This document shows positions 18,885-28,341 of a stretch of 64,000 bases of DNA, in pieces. The position numbers were made by a program, and so were the translations under genes. This DNA comes from an uncultured Fibrobacterota bacterium (GTDB taxonomy: Bacteria > Fibrobacterota > Chitinivibrionia > Chitinivibrionales > FEN-1185), in contig CAVSQB010000026.1 in NCBI GenBank assembly GCA_963729895.1, forward strand, positions 96,001 through 160,000, in the 5' to 3' direction. Position 1 is the first letter of the stretch. Each line of letters starts with the position of its first letter. Below the pieces are notes generated by a model. It saw nothing but the letters and a program-made list of their open reading frames with translations, was not told the DNA's origin and made no database searches.

Positions 18885-20885
18885 TCAGTCGATCCGTCTC
18901 ATTTCGATCCGGCGGTTGAACGCACGGCCTTCGGGCGTTGTGTTATTGGTAATCGGGTCTTCCCCTCCCCTGCCGATGGCCTTGATGCGCGAAGAATCAA
19001 CTCCGCGGAGAATCAGATACGCCCGCACGGTTTCGGCCCGGTGTAACGACAGCTTCTTATTGGCCGCGGCGTTGCCGGAGTTATCCGTAAAGCCGCATAT
19101 CTCAATCTTCACTTCTGGATACGCTTTGAGGGATTCGAAAACGTCATCGAGCTTCTGATACGACTCCGAGACGAGGTCGGAGGAGTTCGGTTTGAAATCG
19201 ATGCCCTTGAGAATGAGCCTGCCCCGCTTAATCTCTTTTGCTTTTGGCGATTCCTGGAGGACCTCCTTGGGGCACCCGAAATTGTCGGCAGGACCGGGCA
19301 CGTCTGGACATCTGTCCAAGCTGTCCGGTACGCCGTCGAGGTCGTTGTCGTAATCCGGGCATCCGTCCTCGTCTTCAAAGTTATCCATGTCCTCGGGAAG
19401 GTTGGGACACTTGTCGCTGCCCTTGCATAACTTTTCGTACTGCTTTTCGCGGTGCTGATCCGCCACCCACGGATCGCAAATGCCGTCCTTGTCGTTGTCC
19501 GGGTCCGGACAACCGTCCTTGTCCTGGAAGCCGTCGTAATCCTCGGGATCGTCCGGGCATTCGTCAAGAGAATCCGCGATGCCGTCCTTGTCGTTGTCGT
19601 AGTCCGGGCATCCGTCTTCGTCCTCGAAGCCGTCGAAGTCTTCGGGAACCTGGGGGCATTTGTCAATTGAATCGGGAATGCCGTCGTTGTCGCTGTCGAA
19701 ATTCTTCCGGACCTTCTGCGCCGGTTCAACCTTGAAAAGAAAGCCGCACCAGCCGATGGACGCGTTCAGCTTCCAGTTGGGCTGCAGCCGCGCTATGGTG
19801 TAGGCGTTCTGTGCTTCATACGTAATCGGGGCCTGCGACGAGAGGCCCCAGTCGGCGCCAAGGGAAACAAACAAGCCTTCGGGCATGTGGATGATGATTC
19901 CGGGCGACAGCCGGAGAGGATCGTTTCCGATCTTGAAACCGTCGGTTATGCTGCCCAGCCGCGGTTCCGCGCTTGCTTCGGTGTAGAGCGAAATCCACGA
20001 GGCGGGGCGGTATTCGGCCGCGGCATTGAACAGGAGAACCTGATCGAAACCGCGCGCCGCCAGGATGCGGGCTCCAAGATTGACATGCAGTAAGAGCGGT
20101 ATGACGTCGTCGTGTTCCCAGCAATTGAAGGTGAAAAGCAGTTTGAGTTCCACTTCCGTAATGCCCGACGAATAGCAGGACGAGAGCGCCTGCGCCGAAT
20201 CGCCGCTCGGAGTCAGCACCGTGGAATCCTTGAGCAGGTAGTAGGTGTGGCGCGGAAAATAGCCGTGCGTCTTGTCGCCCGTGGGAAGGCTGACGCTCGC
20301 GAGATACGCCATGTCAAGAACACGGGGACCCTTGCGAGGCGGCACCTGCAATTTCAACTTGAATTCCAAGTCACCCAATCCTCCTTGTATCCCGCCATAG
20401 CTCTTCTCTGGCGGCGGGGGAAGGGAATCGTACCGGGACATGTTGTCGATGTACAGGGGCAGGGTCGCGGAAATATCGAGGAAGTTCAGGATGCCGAAAC
20501 CGATTGAAGGCATGATGTCGTACGGGGAACCTTGCGGATTCAGAACGGGGAGGTGCGTCGCGTCAAGGTTGACAAGTTGGACTATGGAGTTGTCGAGGCT
20601 CGCGTCTCCGAATGCCGAAAACACCAGCCGGCCCATGCCGAGCGTCTTTGCAGACTCGGTGTACTCAAGTCCCACCTGACCGAACCGGTTGATAATCGGC
20701 TCGGTGGGCGATTGCGCTTTGGCGCAGGTACACAGGACAAGAACAAACGCCGCAACAATCGCCGCCTTGGCCGCTTCTTTGGCGGACAACAACTCGGGGG
20801 CCGGAACAGAATGACAATGTGCATAAAACGCTCTTCTTCCCGGAAGCAGAAAAATCATTCTCTCGTTCCCCCATCCCTGCCGCAA
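18885..20885 (-). CDS. OmpA-family protein with TSP3 repeats (paralog; start uncertain)
   Basis: Same architecture; 'GFTDNSG....N..LS..RAETV...GR..NRRIE'. Confidence 0.9.
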   Translation of the reverse strand: MRQGWGNERMIFLLPGRRAFYAHCHSVPAPELLSAKEAAKAAIVAAFVLVLCTCAKAQSPTEPIINRFGQVGLEYTESAKTLGMGRLVFSAFGDASLDNSIVQLVNLDATHLPVLNPQGSPYDIMPSIGFGILNFLDISATLPLYIDNMSRYDSLPPPPEKSYGGIQGGLGDLEFKLKLQVPPRKGPRVLDMAYLASVSLPTGDKTHGYFPRHTYYLLKDSTVLTPSGDSAQALSSCYSSGITEVELKLLFTFNCWEHDDVIPLLLHVNLGARILAARGFDQVLLFNAAAEYRPASWISLYTEASAEPRLGSITDGFKIGNDPLRLSPGIIIHMPEGLFVSLGADWGLSSQAPITYEAQNAYTIARLQPNWKLNASIGWCGFLFKVEPAQKVRKNFDSDNDGIPDSIDKCPQVPEDFDGFEDEDGCPDYDNDKDGIADSLDECPDDPEDYDGFQDKDGCPDPDNDKDGICDPWVADQHREKQYEKLCKGSDKCPNLPEDMDNFEDEDGCPDYDNDLDGVPDSLDRCPDVPGPADNFGCPKEVLQESPKAKEIKRGRLILKGIDFKPNSSDLVSESYQKLDDVFESLKAYPEVKIEICGFTDNSGNAAANKKLSLHRAETVRAYLILRGVDSSRIKAIGRGGEDPITNNTTPEGRAFNRRIEMRRID

Positions 20886-21212
20886 TTACTTTCGTGCAAA
20901 TAAGTTGGCCCAAAGCAACAGCAACGAAAAACCGGCAGCAGGACTTCGGAATTTCGCTCGCTGTGAAACGCTTCAAAATTACTCTGTCTCACCCATGGAA
21001 ATCAACGTTTCTGCGCACAATCAACGCAGCACCGACAATTATGGAATGTCGGCCCACGGCTGGGGAAAACGCTGCTGAAGCGGGCTCAGGGGAAGGGCAA
21101 AAGTGCGCCGCCGGGGGGAGGGGAATTGTCGATTCGTAATGTACTCGCACGGCCCGGCGAAGCGGTCGTCCGCACCTCAAACATCGGGGGGAGACAGGTC
21201 CCTGCCGCCGTC

Positions 21213-23198
21213 CTACTTTATTTCCTCAATAGCAATGAGCGCCTGGTCTTTCTCAACCATGGCGCCGTCCTCCACCAGGAACCGGAGGATCTTGCACTTG
21301 ACCGGGGTGACAATCTCGTTGAACAGCTTCATGGCCTCAACGATGCACACCTTGGCGCCGGCATCAACCACGTCGCCGACGTCAACAAGCTTGGGTTTGC
21401 CCGGACCGGACGTGGAATAAAATGTTCCCACCAGCGGCGCCTTGATCGTCATCCCCTCAGGCGCAGGGACCGAGGGTTTTTCCTGCTTCACGGACACGGG
21501 CGGCGCCTCGGCGGGCCGTTTCTTCTCTTCACCCGCTTTCGGGACGGCGGACGGCGCGGGTTTCGGGATAACGGGAATTTTGGTCGTGTCGGACCTGAGC
21601 GAGAGCGAAAAATCGCCCTTCCTGAATGTCAATTCATCGAGCTGCAGGCCTCCGGCCTTGCCCAGAAGCTCGCCGAGCCCGCGGTAATCCTCGGGATGCA
21701 GAATCTGGTCGAGCGATGTGCCTTCCTGTTTTTCCTGCTCCGGCTCCCGCGCTTTCTTTTCCGGAACTTTCAGGAATTTCTTCAGCTCGAGATCGGCGGG
21801 CGTTTCGGGACGTTGCCCCTCGGGCAGGTCCCGCCACTTGAAATACTCCATGCTCGGCTCCGGCAGGATGCAGTAGGAAATGATATCTTCTTCATTCTTG
21901 ATGTATTTCGGGTCAATTCCCTCCGTCGCCTTGGGCAGCATGGGCGCAATGGTGTCTCCCGGCCGTACGGTGATCGGCTTTTCGTCTCCCAGAATTTTCC
22001 TCGCAAGTTCGGGATTCACCTTTCCCGGCGCCCGGCCGTACAGGCCGCGGAAATAATCCTTCACTTCGTTCGGAATAATCTTGTACCGCTCGCCCGAAAG
22101 GACGTTCATCACCGCCTGCGCGCCCACGATCTGGCTCGTGGGGGTCACGAGCGGCGGCCAACCGAGGTCCTCCCGCACGCGCCTCACCTCCGCAAGCGCA
22201 AGATCCAGTTTGTCAAGGGCGTTCTGCTTGGAAAGCTGAGACCGGAAATTGGAGATCATGCCTCCCGGGATCTGGTGGATAAGGATCTGCGGGTCGATGC
22301 AGAACACGAGCGAGGTGTCGGTGTTGCGCTGCGGATACAGATCCGCAAAGTAACGGTGCACCTTGAGCATCGCGTCCTTGTCGAGGTCGGCGTGGTAATC
22401 GGTCTCGGAAAAAATGGCTTCAAGCGTTTCCACCGGCGGCTGGCTGCTGGTTCCCGCCATCGCCGCGACGGCGCAGTCGATGGCTCCCGCGCCTGCGCGC
22501 ACCCCCTCGACGTAGGTGGAAATGGCCATGCCCGAGCTGGCATGGCAGTGCAGTTGTATCGGTATGTCAAGTTGCTCGATAAGCGCACTCACCAGGCGTT
22601 CCGCCATCATGGGCGACAGGATGCCGGCCATGTCCTTGATGCAGATCGAATCAACGCCGAGCTGCTTCTGCTCGCGCGCGTATTCCACGAATTTCTTGAT
22701 GGTGTGCACCGGGCTGATGGTGTAGCACAGGGTGCCCTGCGCGTGACCGCCGTGCTTCTTGACCGCCCGCACCGCCGCCTCGATGTTTCGCGTGTCGTTA
22801 AGCGCGTCGAACACGCGGAAGATGTCCATGCCGTTTTCGCAGGCAAGCGCCACGAACCGGTCCACGACGTCGTCGGCATAGTTCTTGTATCCGACCAGGT
22901 TCTGGCCTCGCAGGAGCATTTGCAGCGGCGTCTTCTTCGTCTTCGACTTGATGAGCCGCAGGCGCTCCCACGGGTTTTCCCGGAGAAAGCGGAGGCACAC
23001 GTCAAATGTCGCGCCGCCCCAGCATTCCAGGGAATAGTAACCCACATTGTCGATGGTGTCGATGATCTTGACAATGTCCTCGGTGCGCATGCGCGTGGCC
23101 CACAACGACTGGTGCGCATCGCGCAAGGTGGTGTCGGTGATGCGCAGCGGTATCTTGTGCAGCTTGTTCTCAATGGTTTGTTTTTTCGCCCTGGCCAT
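21213..23198 (-). CDS. Pyruvate/oxaloacetate carboxyltransferase (PycB/OadA/5S-like) fused to a full AccB-type biotin carboxyl carrier protein
   Basis: DTTLRDAHQSLWATRM, WGGATFD, IKDMAG, HCH, PGGMISN, LVTPTSQIVG; C-terminal IKAPLVGTFYSTSGPG...CIVEAMKLFNEI. Start after SD cagga. Confidence 0.93.
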   Translation of the reverse strand: MARAKKQTIENKLHKIPLRITDTTLRDAHQSLWATRMRTEDIVKIIDTIDNVGYYSLECWGGATFDVCLRFLRENPWERLRLIKSKTKKTPLQMLLRGQNLVGYKNYADDVVDRFVALACENGMDIFRVFDALNDTRNIEAAVRAVKKHGGHAQGTLCYTISPVHTIKKFVEYAREQKQLGVDSICIKDMAGILSPMMAERLVSALIEQLDIPIQLHCHASSGMAISTYVEGVRAGAGAIDCAVAAMAGTSSQPPVETLEAIFSETDYHADLDKDAMLKVHRYFADLYPQRNTDTSLVFCIDPQILIHQIPGGMISNFRSQLSKQNALDKLDLALAEVRRVREDLGWPPLVTPTSQIVGAQAVMNVLSGERYKIIPNEVKDYFRGLYGRAPGKVNPELARKILGDEKPITVRPGDTIAPMLPKATEGIDPKYIKNEEDIISYCILPEPSMEYFKWRDLPEGQRPETPADLELKKFLKVPEKKAREPEQEKQEGTSLDQILHPEDYRGLGELLGKAGGLQLDELTFRKGDFSLSLRSDTTKIPVIPKPAPSAVPKAGEEKKRPAEAPPVSVKQEKPSVPAPEGMTIKAPLVGTFYSTSGPGKPKLVDVGDVVDAGAKVCIVEAMKLFNEIVTPVKCKILRFLVEDGAMVEKDQALIAIEEIK

Positions 23199-23280
23199 GG
23201 ATATGTCCTGTTCGGTTTGGTTCAATTCTAAGACAAGTATCTGGGCGTTTCCCTCGGTGAATCTTTTCTTCTTTGCCCCG

Positions 23281-23304
23281 TGTTCTCCGTGTCTCCGTGG
23301 TGAA
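23281..23304 (+). repeat. Half copy of the CACCACGGAG.../...CTCCGTGGTG palindromic repeat
   Basis: tgttctccgtgtctccgtggtgaa nearly matches the 3' arm of the element at 39857-39957. Confidence 0.65.
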
Positions 23305-23312
23305 TCTTATTC

Positions 23313-24263
23313 TTAGTCTGCAAACAACCCCATCTTCGAGTATTTCTCGAACCGGTGCCGCAGGAGCCTCGACGTCGACTGCGCGGCAAGCCTCTTGAGG
23401 TGCTTGAGCAGCGCGCGTTTGATTTCCTGCGCCGTCAGTTCGTAGTTCCGGTGCGCCCCGCCGAGCGGCTCGGGCACTATCTCGTCTATCACGCCGAGCG
23501 CGCGCAGCGACGGTGCGGTGGGCTTGAGCGCCTCGGCGGCCTGGGGCGAATACGACGCATCACGCCACAAAATGGACGCGCAGCCTTCCGGGGAAATCAC
23601 CGAATACACGGAGTGCGACAGCATGAGCACTGCATCGCCCACGCCGATGGCCAGCGCGCCTCCGCTGCCGCCTTCTCCCGTGACAAGAGCGATGATGGGA
23701 ACCGCGAGCCTGGCCATTTCGGTAAGGTTCGTAGCGATCGCCTCGGGCTGGCCGCGTTCCTCCGCCTCAATGCCGGGATAGGCGCCCTGGGTGTCGATAA
23801 AGCACAGCACGGGCAAGCCGTACTTTTCCGCCAGTTTCATAAGGCGGAGCGCCTTGCGGTATCCCTCCGGCTTTGCCTGGCCGAAATTGCGTTTTACATT
23901 TTCGTCGACGTTCTTGCCCTTGTTGTGGCCGATAAGCATTACCCTGCGTTTTCCGATGGTAGCGAACCCGCCGATAAGCGCTGCATCGTCGCCGAAGGAC
24001 CGGTCGCCGTGCAGTTCGATGAAATCGGAGAAGACGAGTGAAATGTAATCCTGGAGCACGGGCCGCTTGGGGTGGCGCGCAATCTGCACCGTTTGCCAGG
24101 CCGTCAGGTTTCCGTATAGCTCCTGTTTCTGCTGCTGGCATTTCTTTTCGAGTTCGGCTATTTCGTCGTTGTAATGGTTCTTGTCGGGAGAGATCGACTT
24201 GAGCTTCTCGATCATCTTCTCCATTTCGGCAATTGACTTTTCAAAATCGAAATAGTCGCTCAT
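23313..24263 (-). CDS. accA: Acetyl-CoA carboxylase carboxyltransferase alpha subunit
   Basis: ARHPKRP, ELHGDR.FGDD, PEGYRKALRLM, GEGGSGGALA, YSVISPEGCASILW. Confidence 0.97.
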   Translation of the reverse strand: MSDYFDFEKSIAEMEKMIEKLKSISPDKNHYNDEIAELEKKCQQQKQELYGNLTAWQTVQIARHPKRPVLQDYISLVFSDFIELHGDRSFGDDAALIGGFATIGKRRVMLIGHNKGKNVDENVKRNFGQAKPEGYRKALRLMKLAEKYGLPVLCFIDTQGAYPGIEAEERGQPEAIATNLTEMARLAVPIIALVTGEGGSGGALAIGVGDAVLMLSHSVYSVISPEGCASILWRDASYSPQAAEALKPTAPSLRALGVIDEIVPEPLGGAHRNYELTAQEIKRALLKHLKRLAAQSTSRLLRHRFEKYSKMGLFAD

Positions 24264-24286
24264 AGGATGCGCCTTGGCCGGACCGG

Positions 24287-25123
24287 TTAACGGGCGTAGT
24301 ACAGGAGAACGTTCTTAAGGGTTTCTTTGAGCTTTTTCCGCGCGACGATCAGGTCGATGAACCCGTGCTCCAGAAAATATTCCGAGGTCTGGAAATTATC
24401 GGGAAGTTTCTGTTTGATGGTCTGCTCTATCACGCGCCTGCCCGCAAACCCAACCAGTGCACCCGGTTCCGCGATGTTGACGTCGCCGACCATGGCGTAA
24501 CTTGCAACAACGCCTCCCGTCGTAGGGTCCGTAAGCACCGAAAGGTAGGGGATTTTCTTTTCCCGAAGACGCGCAATGCCCGCGCATGTCTTGGCCATCT
24601 GCATGAGCGAAAGGATTCCCTCGTGCATGCGCGCGCCGCCCGAGGCGGAGAAGATGATGTACGGAATCTTGTGTTCATAGGAATAATTTGCGGCCAGGAG
24701 GATTTTTTCTCCCGTAGCGCTTCCGAGGCTGCCGCCGAAAAACCGGAAGTCCATCACCGAAATTGAAACGGCGATTTCATGGATCTTCCCGATGCCGCAC
24801 ACGACGGATTCGTTGAGCCCGGTCTTCTCGCGGGCTTCTTTCACCTTGTCTTTGTAACTGCCCTTGGCGTAAACAAAAGACAGCGGGTCGGAGGCAGTTA
24901 TCGCGGTGAACATCTCCTTGAACGTATCGATGTCAAGGATCTGACCGATCCGCTCATATGCGGTCAACTTGCCGTGGTAACCGCATTTTGGGCAGACATT
25001 AAGGGAATTGCACCAATCTTCCTTGAACACGTGCGCGTTGCAGGAATCGCACTTGACCCAAATATCGTCTTTGACAGGCTTGGGCTGCTCTTCGGTGGAT
25101 TTCGATTTTATGAACCAGGGCAC
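24287..25123 (-). CDS. accD: Acetyl-CoA carboxylase carboxyltransferase beta subunit
   Basis: WVKC..C...C..C zinc finger, MDFRFFGGSLG, SGGARMHEG, DPTTGGV, GFAGRRVIEQT. Confidence 0.97.
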   Translation of the reverse strand: MPWFIKSKSTEEQPKPVKDDIWVKCDSCNAHVFKEDWCNSLNVCPKCGYHGKLTAYERIGQILDIDTFKEMFTAITASDPLSFVYAKGSYKDKVKEAREKTGLNESVVCGIGKIHEIAVSISVMDFRFFGGSLGSATGEKILLAANYSYEHKIPYIIFSASGGARMHEGILSLMQMAKTCAGIARLREKKIPYLSVLTDPTTGGVVASYAMVGDVNIAEPGALVGFAGRRVIEQTIKQKLPDNFQTSEYFLEHGFIDLIVARKKLKETLKNVLLYYAR

Positions 25124-25194
25124 TAATTACTTCCTTCAATAATCATGCACGGTAACGAAATTTGTCTGTTTGAAGAAAAGGCCTGGGAAGGGCG

Positions 25195-25240
25195 GATTTG
25201 GCCTGGAGGATAAATATATAACAAATCCAGGCCAAGTCAA
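25195..25240 (-). promoter_or_regulatory. Inverted repeat overlapping a candidate accD promoter
   Basis: gatttggcctgga / tccaggccaagtc arms; minus strand reads TTGACT-16 nt-TATATT. Confidence 0.45.
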
Positions 25241-25254
25241 TAATTGTACCTGAA

Positions 25255-27063
25255 TCATCCAAGACGCTTTTCCAAGGCAGCCAATTCGTCGGCAAGCGCC
25301 GGAGGAAGCCTGGAGCCGAACCTTCTATAATGGTCCTTTATTCCCTCAAGTTCCTTTTTCCATTCTCCGGCATCCACCTTGAGCAGTTCCTTCATGTCTT
25401 CGCCGGACACGGGCAATCCCTTGGTGTCGATTGCCCCGGGCGAAGGCAGGTAGCCGATAGGCGACTTAACGGCCGCGCCGGTTCCCTCAGTGCGCTCGAA
25501 TATCCATTTGAGAACGCGACTGTTCTCGCCGTACCCGGGCCACAGCCACTTTCCATCATCGCTCTTTCTGAACCAGTTGACGTAGAAAATCTTGGGAAGA
25601 TTCTCGGCGGAGGTCTTTGTGCCGATTTTTATCCAGTGCGAAAGGTAATCTCCCATGTGATAGCCGCAGAACGGCAGCATGGCAAACGGGTCGCGGCGCA
25701 CAATGCCCACAGCCCCGATGTTTGCCGTGGTGGTCTCGGAGCCGACAATTGATCCGAGAAACACTCCGTGGTTCCAGGAAAACGCCTGATGCACGAGCGG
25801 AATTGTGGTCGGTCTTCTGCCTCCAACCAGAAACGCGCTTATGGGCACACCCTGCGGATCTTCCCATGCCGGATCAATTGCCGGACATTGGGTCGCAGGG
25901 GCGGTAAAACGGGCGTTGGGGTGCGCGCCCGCCCTGCGGGCCGTCATGTCCCATTCCTGGCCGGTCCAGTCGATGTTCCCGCCCTCGGGAGGATCAAAGC
26001 CGATTCCCTCCCACCAAACGTCTTTGTCCCGGGTGAGCACCACGTTGGTAAAGATCGTGTTCTTTTGTATCGAGAGCATCGCGTTCGGGTTTGATTCCAT
26101 CGACGTGCCCGGCACAACGCCGAAAAAGCCGGACTCCGGGTTGATGGCGTACAACCTGCCGTCCGGCCCGAATTTCATCCACGCAATATCGTCGCCGACC
26201 GTTTCGACTTTCCAACCGGGAATGGTGGGGATCATCATGGCCAGGTTGGTCTTGCCGCAGGCGCTCGGGAACGCGGCGGCGATGTATTTCTTCTTCCCCT
26301 GAGGATTGGTTATGCCGAGAATGAGCATGTGTTCGGCAAGCCACCCTTCATCCCGCGCCTGCACCGAGGCGATGCGCAGTGCAAAGCATTTCTTGCCCAA
26401 GAGCGCGTTTCCGCCATAGCCGGACCCGTATGACCAGATGGTCCGTTCTTCGGGAAAATGGCTTATATATTTGTTCGCAATGTCGGGGGCGCAGGGCCAC
26501 GTGGAATCTTTTTGGCCCGAAACTAGCGGAGAGCCCACGGAATGCAGGCAGGGAACAAAGTCTCCGTTGTCTCCCAGCACCTCGAGCACCTTGCTTCCCA
26601 TGCGCGTCATGATTCGCATGTTGACGACCACGTACGGCGAATCGGTGATTTCAACGCCGATCTTTGCTATCGAAGAACCGATGGGCCCCATTGAAAAGGG
26701 GACCACATACATTGTGCGGCCCTTCATGCACCCCGTATATAATCCGGTCATTTTTTTCTTGAGCTCGGCCGGGTCCATCCAGTTGTTCGTGGGGCCGGCA
26801 TCCTCCCGGGAGCGCGAGGCGATGTAGGTCCTGTCTTCCACACGCGCCACGTCCGAAGGGTGGCTTCGGAAAAGAAAACTGCCGGGCCTTTTTGCAGGAT
26901 TGAGCGGCGTGGCCATTCCTGCGGCCACCATGCCGGCGCAGATGCCGTCGTATTCCGTCTGGCTCCCGTCGCACCAGTGGATGCGTGCGGGTCGACACAG
27001 AGCCGCAACCTCTCTAACCCATTCGTTGAGTTTCCCGTTGGAAGTCGTCGCCTTCGATGCCAT
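25255..27063 (-). CDS. pckG: Phosphoenolpyruvate carboxykinase (GTP)
   Basis: [70 protein letters not shown]. Confidence 0.97.
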   Translation of the reverse strand: MASKATTSNGKLNEWVREVAALCRPARIHWCDGSQTEYDGICAGMVAAGMATPLNPAKRPGSFLFRSHPSDVARVEDRTYIASRSREDAGPTNNWMDPAELKKKMTGLYTGCMKGRTMYVVPFSMGPIGSSIAKIGVEITDSPYVVVNMRIMTRMGSKVLEVLGDNGDFVPCLHSVGSPLVSGQKDSTWPCAPDIANKYISHFPEERTIWSYGSGYGGNALLGKKCFALRIASVQARDEGWLAEHMLILGITNPQGKKKYIAAAFPSACGKTNLAMMIPTIPGWKVETVGDDIAWMKFGPDGRLYAINPESGFFGVVPGTSMESNPNAMLSIQKNTIFTNVVLTRDKDVWWEGIGFDPPEGGNIDWTGQEWDMTARRAGAHPNARFTAPATQCPAIDPAWEDPQGVPISAFLVGGRRPTTIPLVHQAFSWNHGVFLGSIVGSETTTANIGAVGIVRRDPFAMLPFCGYHMGDYLSHWIKIGTKTSAENLPKIFYVNWFRKSDDGKWLWPGYGENSRVLKWIFERTEGTGAAVKSPIGYLPSPGAIDTKGLPVSGEDMKELLKVDAGEWKKELEGIKDHYRRFGSRLPPALADELAALEKRLG

Positions 27064-27140
27064 GGCCATCCTTTCTTTTTTGTCGGACTGTTTCCGCATT
27101 CCCTGCGGCACAGCACGGTTTCATCCCGGACATCCCGGTC

Positions 27141-27184
27141 AAAAAAAAAGACCAGAGAACTGCCGCTTCGGCACCTCTTTGGTC
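27141..27184 (-). terminator. Intrinsic terminator in the pckG leader
   Basis: gaccaaagaggtgccg-aag-cggcagttctctggtc followed by T9 on the minus strand. Confidence 0.7.
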
Positions 27185-27319
27185 CTCACCCCCAGGCTGC
27201 CTCTTTCGCAGGAGTCACCAGGGCTTGATTACCAGTCCACAACTGTCAACGGTGTTGTCCTCCGGATTCTGGGCAGCCTGCGCCGCAGGGCGCCCGCGCA
27301 CAGCTTCCGGACGACCCAC
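27141..27319 (-). ncRNA. Candidate structured RNA upstream of pckG (attenuator/riboswitch-like leader; 6S RNA is an alternative)
   Basis: Promoter-like TTGCCC-16-TATTAT just upstream; nested stems including a perfect 9-bp caggctgcc/ggcagcctg; terminator hairpin plus U9 at the 3' end. Confidence 0.5.
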
Positions 27320-27443
27320 TAAAATAATAGCCGAACAGAGAAAAAGGGCAAGGAAATCTTTGGATCGCCGCGGCAGGCCGCGAGGCCGAATACCTCGGTA
27401 GCCGACAATGGCCCGAGGCATGGGCGATTATTAGTTTCTTATT

Positions 27444-27783
27444 ATGAAAGTGAGGCTCACCTTGTCATCCCGGCGACCGCGGCACTGCCAGACAGGTGCG
27501 TCAATACGGCGACAGCCTTGTGTGCGTGAGATACCGGTATGATGAAGCGCTCCACAAACGCTTTAAAACCGTGGAACTGAAAATAGACGAGGTTCCATGG
27601 AAGCCGGAGCCGACCAAGGATGAAATAGTTTTGATACGGGTGCAGTGGAACGAAAAGAAAGTCCAGAAGCAGGTTAAGAAAGCAGGCAGAAGATGGGACA
27701 AAGAAAGGAAAATCTGGCTGCTTCGTTATGGAAAACTGAAGGATCTCGGATTGACATCACGGATGATGGGAACGGAGGGATAG
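27444..27783 (+). pseudogene. Small conserved hypothetical protein (..PG.RGT...YG..LVCVRYRYD..) with a 1-nt frameshift near its 5' end
   Basis: ATG AAA GTG AGG CTC ACC TTG, then one extra base, then CAT CCC GGC GAC CGC GGC ACT joins the 27496-27783 frame. Confidence 0.6.
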
Positions 27784-27927
27784 GGTAGCAACCAGATAAT
27801 GACCGCCCTGTAATTCGGAAATAGGTGACCCTGGAAGAAATTTCAGAATCTTGTGAAATCGAGGAAGCATAAGCTTGCGTCCGCAGATTTGAAAATAGCC
27901 AATTTTCATACTGTTCAAAGGATAGAG

Positions 27928-28341
27928 ATGAATAGCATTCAAACATCGAAAGAATACGCCGTTTTGTTGAATGAAGTGAGAGATCGTATTCGTTCTTCTC
28001 AATATGCAGCGTTCAAAGCGGTGAACAAGAAATTGATAAATTTATGCTGGGACATTGGAAGAAAGATTCTTGAACGGCAAACCAAGTATGGATGGGGAAA
28101 ATCCGTTGTTCTCAATTTGTCAAAAGACCTTCAAAATGAATTCCCGGGCATGGTGGGTTTTTCCGCACAGAATTTGTGGTATATGCGCCAGTTTTTTCTT
28201 GAATATAGTCGGGACAAGAAACTCCAACCATTGGTTGGAGAAATAAGCTGGGCAAAGCATTTGGTAATTATGAGCCGATCCAAGGATGATTTGGAACGGC
28301 GCCCTAAAAGCAACCAACAGCCGCGTTACGTTCGCCCGTAG
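27928..28341 (+). pseudogene. Truncated YhcG/DUF1016 N-terminal domain protein
   Basis: 'AVN..LI.L.W.IG..I...WG..VV..LS.DL..EFP...GFS..NL.YMRQF...ISWAKH'; breaks after 'DDLER', with no PD-(D/E)XK C-terminal domain. Confidence 0.8.

Noticed and set aside
17320..19700. Repeated ccgtcgtcgtcctcaaaaccgtc-like units that might suggest a CRISPR or DNA repeat array
   Set aside because: They encode TSP3 Ca-binding repeats within the OmpA genes; there is no constant repeat-spacer periodicity and no cas gene.
21213..23198. Na+-pumping oxaloacetate decarboxylase alpha subunit (oadA)
   Set aside because: No oadB/oadG nearby, the biotin domain is AccB-type and the neighbours are accD/accA. It cannot be fully excluded without the rest of the genome.
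21126..23231. 701-aa plus-strand ORF antisense to the carboxyltransferase fusion
   Set aside because: Shadow ORF expected from high-GC codon bias; no recognisable motifs. Similar antisense ORFs shadow many genes here.
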